Assembly: GCA_011040095.1 (NCBI GenBank)
Contig: DRDE01000314.1
Span: 1 to 43,991, forward strand
Direction: 5' to 3'
Origin: Nitrospirota bacterium
Lineage (GTDB): Bacteria > Nitrospirota > Thermodesulfovibrionia > UBA6902
DNA length: 43,991 nt
Positions 8,706 to 14,788 of the stretch are shown here, piece by piece (the first letter of the stretch is position 1; every line of letters starts with the position of its first letter). The translations under genes were made by a program, and so were the position numbers. The notes beneath the pieces were generated by a model. It made no database searches, was not told the DNA's origin, and saw only the letters and a list, made by a program, of their open reading frames with translations.

Positions 8706-10331
8706 ATGAAGATCAACAATGCAAAAGACATTCATAAATATGTTGAGGCCCTTATTAACAACATGCCTTTGTTTAAAATGCCAAGATATGAAGCATTACT
8801 CCACGTCCTGCGAACGATGGAGGCGCTTTTTACACGTGGAAGTATATCTGAACGCTCGGAAGCAAATCTTATTATGGCTAACAGGGCTTTCCAGGATATA
8901 CTTCGTTATATGGTTTATTGGACTTACAGTATATGTCCTGAAGGAGGCAAGATTTTGTCAACGCCAGCTAACTGTAAAGAGATGATTAAAGAAACAATCG
9001 AGATTGCAGAAAGTTACAGTAAAGTTTTTGACTTTATAAAAGCGGAAGAAATGGGAGATGTGTCATTTAATATTAATAAGCACTCCAAAATTATAGGAAT
9101 TGAGTACTTGAATGAAGAAGCGGGTAGATCGTTTGGTCTTCATGAATTTTTTAAGGGGAAAGAGTTAGGTAATCAATCTAAAAATTTCTTTGGCAATGAA
9201 TCCGGAAACATGGAAAATATGTTAAAAGCTAAGGAAGAAATCGAAAAATCTATTAAAATCAAGAATAAGAAAGAATTCATTTATTCGCGAAGTAAGTTTG
9301 TTTTTAAGACATTTGAGGAATTATCTGAAAATATTATTTCACAGATGTTTTTGATGCCTGAAGGATGGTCATTGGGGTTTTATACAATTGGCAATTTTAA
9401 ACTTTTCTGGAAGCATCTCTTGAAAATCGCAATAATTCATCAAGTAGCCTTCATAAGTTATGTAGAGAAAATGATTAAAGGTAATAAAAACATATCATAT
9501 GATAATGCTGTACGCTGCGACAATAAAAAAGATTTAGTTAATCATATTCATATGTATTCCGGGCTGGAGAAAAAAGTTATTAATAACATCATACAAGACT
9601 TGATTTATGATAATGCAGTGAAATGGACTGATATCATGTTTCAGCCGCTTTTTCAAATTGAAAATAAAATTATTTTTTCTCCAAACGTAATTGTTGGGAG
9701 TAGAGCAGAGAGAAATATTAATGTCTTAATGAGTAAAATTAATCCAACAGCATATAATGATCTAACATCTAATAAAGAAGATGGGATGATTTCTGAATTC
9801 AGTAACACTTTGAGAGAGAACAGATATTTTTTCGAACCAAGAGTAAAACTAAAAGAGGATGATAAAGTTATTACAGACATAGATATTCTTGTGTGGGACG
9901 AGAAAAAAGAAAACATCTTATTAATGCAATTAAAGTGGCTTTATGGTGCTGATGCGACTCAGGAAATTTACAATCAAGATAAAGAATTTGCAGCAGGAAT
10001 TGCTCAAGTAAAAAAGTCTGTGAATTTTATTAAGAGAAATTCTTCATATCTATCAAGATTTGGACTACGCCCTAATAACGTTTTCGGTATTGTTATTAGT
10101 AAGCTTGGTCTTCCAAGCCCTTTTCTAAATAAAGAAAATGTCATATTGGTTGAATCCGAGCAAATAATAGAAAATCTTAAGGCTGTTCCCGGCAATATAA
10201 AAAAACTATATACCTTCCTCGAACAATCTTCATTACCCAAAAAGGAAATAGCTGAATGCACATTGAATGTTAAGGAAAAAATAATCGGTCAATACACTTT
10301 CCGATTACCTGTTGTTTCATGCAAGGTTTGA
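8706..10331 (+). CDS. Hypothetical 541-aa protein with a putative PD-(D/E)xK-like nuclease core; distant paralog of the 531-aa protein
   Basis: Long intact, very AT-rich ORF divergent from the rpoC paralog. Core pattern: GMISEFSNTL (E), VITDIDILVWD (D), ILLMQLKWLYG (QxK). It shares FxPLF and post-core motifs with ORF 2488-4083. Confidence 0.6.
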   Translation: MKINNAKDIHKYVEALINNMPLFKMPRYEALLHVLRTMEALFTRGSISERSEANLIMANRAFQDILRYMVYWTYSICPEGGKILSTPANCKEMIKETIEIAESYSKVFDFIKAEEMGDVSFNINKHSKIIGIEYLNEEAGRSFGLHEFFKGKELGNQSKNFFGNESGNMENMLKAKEEIEKSIKIKNKKEFIYSRSKFVFKTFEELSENIISQMFLMPEGWSLGFYTIGNFKLFWKHLLKIAIIHQVAFISYVEKMIKGNKNISYDNAVRCDNKKDLVNHIHMYSGLEKKVINNIIQDLIYDNAVKWTDIMFQPLFQIENKIIFSPNVIVGSRAERNINVLMSKINPTAYNDLTSNKEDGMISEFSNTLRENRYFFEPRVKLKEDDKVITDIDILVWDEKKENILLMQLKWLYGADATQEIYNQDKEFAAGIAQVKKSVNFIKRNSSYLSRFGLRPNNVFGIVISKLGLPSPFLNKENVILVESEQIIENLKAVPGNIKKLYTFLEQSSLPKKEIAECTLNVKEKIIGQYTFRLPVVSCKV

Positions 10332-10391
10332 ATTAATTTGTAAAATTATATAATATTCCCCCAAAACTGGAGGGAGTAATAAGGTGGAAAC

Positions 10392-10637
10392 TTAGCCTGT
10401 CAAAACCCGAAGGAGGAAAGACAGGATGAAAAACATACGAAATATAGTGCATAAGGCAAAGGGATCAGGATTGATTTTGGGGAGATCTATGGGGAGTTTT
10501 ATTTTACCCTTTACAGCCCGTTTGGCGCCGGGGCAGATCAAGACATGATGAGAGCCTTGTTTCCGTTTATATTTGCAGCCGTATAGCTCAAATATCTTTA
10601 ACTGTATTTTCCAGTCCGTAGGGAATATTCTCGGCAT
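10392..10637 (-). CDS. HicA-like toxin with an atypical, possibly degenerate C-terminal half
   Basis: The N-terminal KIFELYGCKYKRKQGSHHVLICPGAKR matches the HicA/YcfA pattern (..L...Gf...rqkGSHhvl..pg..r). The remainder (KGKIKLPIDLPKINPDPFALC...) does not look like HicA. The ATG directly abuts the TAA of the HicB relic. Confidence 0.45.
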   Translation of the reverse strand: MPRIFPTDWKIQLKIFELYGCKYKRKQGSHHVLICPGAKRAVKGKIKLPIDLPKINPDPFALCTIFRMFFILSFLLRVLTG

Positions 10638-10905
10638 TTACGCAACCTGAACCAATTTCTTCTCGAACCCGATCATTTCGTTTTCAGGCACTGCGGTATC
10701 GTCTTTAATTACATAACCGCATTCTGAAAGATAATCATCAAGTCCCCATCTCTTTCATCTCGGCAAACTGTATCTTTACCACCTCATTAAGATTAGCTTT
10801 TGCCTCATCAATAGTCCGCCCCTGAGCAACAAAATCCAGTTCCGGAATTTTGGCTATGCACCATTTCCCCTTTTGCCATAACTCAATAGTTGCCTGTAAT
10901 TTCAT
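10638..10905 (-). pseudogene. Frameshifted second copy of the HicB-like gene
   Basis: Nucleotide-level copy of 4867-5118. It has a 2-nt deletion (catcaag--tcccca versus catcaagtgtcccca) that creates ...AEMKEMGT-stop, and a 9-nt in-frame insertion near the 3' end. Confidence 0.7.
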
Positions 10906-10981
10906 TATAAGCCTCCTTAAATTTATATATTCTGATTATACAAAAATTATCGAGCGCGTCACTCTTTCTTTTTGCCATACA

Positions 10982-11348
10982 CTATACGATATCCTCTGAA
11001 AGGTCTTCCATTGAATAGTCTATATGTATATCAGCTTTCTTTATTGCGTAGCCCGGGTTTAATACCCCGCCCCTTGGGGCGTTCATTGCTTTTAAAGATA
11101 CCCCGTCCGCTTGCGGCGGGGTAGTTCATTTTATCTATCATCTCCCATATGTCTATCGAAAGCATTTCAGCGGCTTTTTGAAGGGTTATCTTCCGGCTTC
11201 TGTAAAGTTGAAGGACATTTTTTTCATTTAAAACGAGAAGTCCCTGTTTTAACGCCTTTGGTATGATGTCCTGGACTTTTACACCATATGTTTTAGAGAC
11301 TCGTTCAGCTTCTTTGTATAAATTTTCTTTTAGTTTTACAGACTTCAT
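10982..11348 (-). pseudogene. Second copy of the UPF0175 antitoxin gene, interrupted by an 85-bp palindromic element; no PIN partner
   Basis: The first 60 codons are identical to 4573-4854 and only 2 of the first 73 differ. The track ORF 11031-11348 reads through into the insert. After the insert the original frame resumes (KKADIHIDYSMEDLSEDIV-stop at 10982-10984). Confidence 0.75.
11046..11130. repeat. REP/MITE-like insertion made of two GC-rich hairpin units
   Basis: Present in copy 2 of the UPF0175 gene and absent from copy 1 at the homologous point (ctttatt|ttctctatcatc). Units: ataccccgccccttggggcgttcatt and ataccccgtccgcttgcggcggggtagttcatt. Confidence 0.65.
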
Positions 11349-11431
11349 TTTATCCCTCCCGATGGAATAAAAGATGAGGTTTTAGGAGAAGAGAGAGGGA
11401 GTTCAGATAGGCGCTTATCCGATTAGCTTTT

Positions 11432-11707
11432 TTATACTACTTTAACTTTTAATTGTCTTCCAAGGGCTTGAGCAAATTTCTCTAATGTTGATAGACGAAT
11501 ATCTTCAGAGTGATTTTCAATTCTGGAAATTGCAGACTTCTTTGTACGCAGTTTTTTTGCTAATTCTTCTTGTGTGATTCCTGCCTTTTCTCTTGCCATC
11601 TTAAGGGTCACTCCTATTTTAAAATCTTGATATCCAGCTTCAAAATCCTTTGTAAATTTCCGGCTTTTCTTTTTCCGTTTACTTATGTATTTTTCAAGAT
11701 CATCCAT
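11432..11707 (-). CDS. XRE-family HTH antitoxin (HigA-like), partner of the Gp49/RelE-type toxin
   Basis: 91 aa. MAREKAGITQEELAKKLRTKKSAISRIENHSEDIRLSTLEKFAQALG is a classic Cro/C1-type HTH. Confidence 0.8.
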   Translation of the reverse strand: MDDLEKYISKRKKKSRKFTKDFEAGYQDFKIGVTLKMAREKAGITQEELAKKLRTKKSAISRIENHSEDIRLSTLEKFAQALGRQLKVKVV

Positions 11708-11754
11708 TATTTTTCCTCCTGTTTATATAATCACGCTTTCGTATTTCCGCAAGC

Positions 11755-12057
11755 TCAATTTCTTTTTTTTGGTGTTTTCCGAGACTTCTTTTGAAATCCA
11801 TGTGTTAGAATAATTAAATTAGCCCCATCATTAAAACCGAGAAACCTGTAGATATTATTTCCAACCTGCACTCTAACCTCCCAAATGCCATCTGTATTAA
11901 TCAGTTTCTTAAAATATGACCTTGGAACATCATCAAAATCTCTTATTATTCGTAACACCCATGCAACTTTTTTTACTATTTTGTCAGGCAAAGTATCCAG
12001 GAAATTTTCAACAGGACACTTGCCGGATACCGTTTTATAAAATACAATTTTACGCAT
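11755..12057 (-). CDS. Gp49-like (DUF891) RelE/HigB-superfamily toxin; C-terminus apparently truncated by a frameshift in an A8 run
   Basis: [43 protein letters not shown] fits the family pattern (lwElR......yRil.f.....ivllhgF.KKtqktPkk). With one fewer A, the -1 frame continues as [20 protein letters not shown] and ends in an ATGGATGA overlap with the antitoxin start. Confidence 0.75.
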   Translation of the reverse strand: MRKIVFYKTVSGKCPVENFLDTLPDKIVKKVAWVLRIIRDFDDVPRSYFKKLINTDGIWEVRVQVGNNIYRFLGFNDGANLIILTHGFQKKSRKTPKKRN

Positions 12058-12061
12058 TTAT

Positions 12062-12091
12062 AATGTTAACACTAATGTGAACATTTATCAA
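12062..12091 (-). promoter_or_regulatory. Possible promoter/operator of the Gp49-XRE cassette
   Basis: On the minus strand: TTGATA (12091-12086), a 17-nt spacer, TAACAT (12068-12063), then ATG 5 nt later. No SD is visible, so the mRNA may be leaderless. An inverted repeat aatgttaac-N6-gtgaacatt (12062-12085) overlaps the spacer and -10. Confidence 0.3.
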
Positions 12092-12126
12092 GGGAAAATA
12101 TTTTGAAAGATAAGGATATCTATTCG

Positions 12127-12285
12127 ATAATGGCCGTTATCAAGCGCTTATTAATTATATCAAAGAGTTATAAATCTATCATTTCTCCGTTTTCGTTGTT
12201 GTCTGAATCGCTTTGAACGAATGTATCCTTATATTTCTCAAAACCTGTACCCGCAGGGATCAACCGCATATGTCCCGGCACCATT
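12127..12285 (-). pseudogene. Deletion remnant of a second copy of the rpoC paralog (3' end plus downstream spacer)
   Basis: 12127-12267 is a near-identical copy (a few mismatches) of 5141-5281. It is followed directly by 18 nt (12268-12285) identical to 6365-6382. The junction is in frame: MVPGHM-RLIPAGTGFEKYKDTFVQSDSDNNENGEMIDL-stop. Confidence 0.8.
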
Positions 12286-12450
12286 TTATAGCATTCATAG
12301 ACAACATGCTAAATTAATGAGCACAGTGTTCAAATGTTGACCGTTTTTTGTTATTGCCACCCCTGAAACCGGAGTTTTTTAAAGGGTTTTTTCGTTTTTT
12401 CTTCGGCATGGATATTGCATTTTCCATCTTTGCTACAACTAATAAAGTTT

Positions 12451-12975
12451 ATGAGTAAAAAGGCTTACAACTCGCTGATCAACCGCCGCCTTGTCCTTAA
12501 GATCATAGGATTCGGCTCTTTTTTTATTACACTCGGGATAGCCGTTATCGGGTCAATCAGGTTTTTATACCCGCGGGTGCTTTTTGAACAACCGCCTACA
12601 TTTAAAATCGGTTCCCCCGCTGAATTCAAAATTGAAGCAGAACCCGATAAAAATGGAATATTGCGCGTATATGAAGCATGGAAAAAAGAACATTCGGTAT
12701 GGATAGTAAGGGGAAAAAGCCGCATATACGCGCTGCATTCAAAATGCACTCATTTAGGCTGCACCCCGAACTGGTTTGCAGACCAAGGGGTGTTTAAATG
12801 CCCGTGTCACGGCAGCCGGTTTTACAGCAACGGGGTTAATTTTGCAGGCCCTGCTCCAAGGCCCCTTGACAGATTCAGGATTTATGTAAACGGGGAAGGC
12901 ATTATTACTATAGATAAAAGCATGGTGTATACCTATAAAGATTTCGATAAGACGGGAGCTTACCTGGAGGTTTGA
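12451..12975 (+). CDS. Rieske [2Fe-2S] subunit of a cytochrome bc-type complex
   Basis: CTHLGC...CPCHGS Rieske boxes. The N-terminal NRRLVLK followed by a hydrophobic stretch looks like a Tat signal/anchor. The track ORF begins at TTG 12415; ATG 12451 is preferred. Confidence 0.85.
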   Translation: MSKKAYNSLINRRLVLKIIGFGSFFITLGIAVIGSIRFLYPRVLFEQPPTFKIGSPAEFKIEAEPDKNGILRVYEAWKKEHSVWIVRGKSRIYALHSKCTHLGCTPNWFADQGVFKCPCHGSRFYSNGVNFAGPAPRPLDRFRIYVNGEGIITIDKSMVYTYKDFDKTGAYLEV

Positions 12976-13019
12976 AAATGAGGGACAGAGCGCATTGAAT
13001 CAAGGGATTGATCGAATAA

Positions 13020-13091
13020 CTCCCCCGGACCCTCTTAACCTAAGAGGGGAGTACTTCTCCTCCCCTTAAGTTAAGGGGAGGTCGGGAGGGG
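13020..13091. repeat. Nested GC-rich palindromic (REP-like) element between the Rieske and cytochrome b genes
   Basis: Outer arms ctcccccggacc / ggtcgggagggg enclose two hairpins: ccctcttaacctaagaggg and ccccttaagttaagggg. Confidence 0.45.
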
Positions 13092-13121
13092 TTGCTTTGC
13101 GCCTGCTCATGAGAGATAACA

Positions 13122-13883
13122 TTGAGTAAAAAAAAGAGTCTCTGGAAGAGGATAAGGCATTCCCGGGTCTGGAAATCCGTTTTCCGGCATGGATATGAAG
13201 ATACAAAGAGAAACAGGATTCTCCAGATAAGGTCGAATATATTTCTTCACATCCATCCTGCCGAAATTCCGTCCCGGGCAGGGAAAATCCGTTTTACATG
13301 GTGTATGGGAGGAATAACTTTTTTTTTATTTATCGTGGAAGTGGTTACAGGGATGCTCCTTATGTTTTACTACCGCCCTGTCACCGAATATGCCTATCTC
13401 GACATGAAGTATCTGGAATTTGATGTGCCTTTCGGGCTTATCCTGAGAAACATCCACAGGTGGGCGGCCCATTTAATGGTAGCGACCATTATGCTCCATA
13501 TGCTGCGTGTTTTTCTTACAGGCTCTTACAAACCTCCGAGGGAGTTTAACTGGGTTATCGGCGTAACCTTATTGGTTCTTACTTTCTTGCTGAGTTTTAC
13601 CGGCTATCTGCTTCCCTGGGATCAACTGGCATACTGGGCAATAACCGTAGGCGCTAATATGATAAGGGCCATGCCCTTTATAGGACATGAGGGCCCCTTT
13701 GCATTTGTCGACAAGTATAATGATATCAGGTTTATGCTCCTCGGTGGAACCGGGATAGGCGCCAATGCACTTTTGAGATTCTATGTTCTGCACATCATGG
13801 TTTTACCGGCAACTGCAATTATTTTTATAGGCGTGCATTTCTGGAGGATAAGAAAAGACGGCGGGATATCGAGACCGCTGTAA
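13122..13883 (+). CDS. Cytochrome b, N-terminal four-helix (b6-like) subunit
   Basis: His ligand pairs in [12 protein letters not shown] and YVLHIMVLP...GVHFWRI. Conserved [11 protein letters not shown] segment. TTG start. Confidence 0.85.
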   Translation: MSKKKSLWKRIRHSRVWKSVFRHGYEDTKRNRILQIRSNIFLHIHPAEIPSRAGKIRFTWCMGGITFFLFIVEVVTGMLLMFYYRPVTEYAYLDMKYLEFDVPFGLILRNIHRWAAHLMVATIMLHMLRVFLTGSYKPPREFNWVIGVTLLVLTFLLSFTGYLLPWDQLAYWAITVGANMIRAMPFIGHEGPFAFVDKYNDIRFMLLGGTGIGANALLRFYVLHIMVLPATAIIFIGVHFWRIRKDGGISRPL

Positions 13884-13938
13884 AAATTTAATGCGGAGGG
13901 AAAAAACCAGAGAATGAAAGCCATTGCAAAAAAGATCC

Positions 13939-14055
13939 GTAACTATTCAGGCAGGCACAAAGGCACAAAGTGAAAAAAAGAATGAAAAAGTTTTCTTGTA
14001 TTTCTGTAACCCTTTGTGCCTATGTGCCTTTGCCACTTTGCACCTGAGTAGTTAC
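13939..14055. mobile_element. MITE family A, copy 1 (117 bp, 13-bp terminal inverted repeats)
   Basis: gtaactattcagg...cctgagtagttac. The interior is a long imperfect palindrome rich in ggcacaaag units. A reverse-oriented copy lies at 40792-40900. Confidence 0.8.
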
Positions 14056-14081
14056 AAAGATTCAGATAAAGAGGACCTGTT

Positions 14082-14777
14082 ATGAGAAAAGAAAAAGAGA
14101 AAAACATATATGTCTGGCCCGACCTGGCAATTATGGAATTCCTGACAGCCATAGCATTAACAATCATCCTCTTAGTATGGGCCCTGCTTATAAATGCCCC
14201 TTTATTAGAGATAGCCAACCCCGGGATCTCTGAAAATCCATCTAAGGCCCCGTGGTATTTTGTCGGCCTGCAGGAACTCCTGGTATATTTTGATCCGTGG
14301 ATAGCCGGGGTAATGATCCCGGCTATTATCATAGTATGCCTGATGATTATTCCATATATAGACAATAATCCTGCGGGCAGGGGGGAATACACTTTTTCCG
14401 CCAGAAAATTCGCCCTGATAAATTTCAATATAGGATTCTCAATGTGGCTCATCCTGATATTCACGGGATATTTTCTCAGGGGGCCGAACTGGCAGTTTTA
14501 CTGGCCGTGGGAGTCATGGGAAACCGCCAAACAGGTTGAAGAGAATCTATGGAGCCTTGATCCCGTGTACGGACTGGCGGGTCTGGCAGCTTATTTCGGG
14601 GCGGGCCTGGCAATACCGCGTTTGGCATGGCCCGGATTTTATAGCAAATGCGGTTTCAAAAGATATGTAATTGTGATGACTTCAATTCTTTTAATGTATG
14701 CCGTGCCGATAAAGATTTTTCTGAGACTGGTATTTAACATCAAATATATATTGGTGACTCCCTGGTTTAATATATAA
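14082..14777 (+). CDS. Cytochrome b C-terminal part / subunit IV-like protein
   Basis: SKAPWYFVGLQELL corresponds to the PEWY Qo-site motif region. Several predicted TM helices. It sits directly after the cytochrome b gene. Confidence 0.75.
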   Translation: MRKEKEKNIYVWPDLAIMEFLTAIALTIILLVWALLINAPLLEIANPGISENPSKAPWYFVGLQELLVYFDPWIAGVMIPAIIIVCLMIIPYIDNNPAGRGEYTFSARKFALINFNIGFSMWLILIFTGYFLRGPNWQFYWPWESWETAKQVEENLWSLDPVYGLAGLAAYFGAGLAIPRLAWPGFYSKCGFKRYVIVMTSILLMYAVPIKIFLRLVFNIKYILVTPWFNI

Positions 14778-14788
14778 ACCTGCCGGGA

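Noticed and set aside
8513-8731. 72-aa minus-strand ORF across the divergent promoter region
   Set aside because: It overlaps the starts of both flanking genes, has a hydrophobic low-complexity translation, and has no RBS.
10300-12130. Integron-like cassette array (TA cassettes in one orientation)
   Set aside because: I found no attC-like sites (RYYYAAC...GTTRRRY imperfect palindromes) between cassettes and no intI in the window. The duplication pattern is better explained by segmental duplication.
13943-14464. 173-aa minus-strand ORF
   Set aside because: It overlaps the subunit IV-like gene on the opposite strand and starts inside MITE A. It has no recognisable motifs. The + strand gene has the conserved PWYF Qo region.
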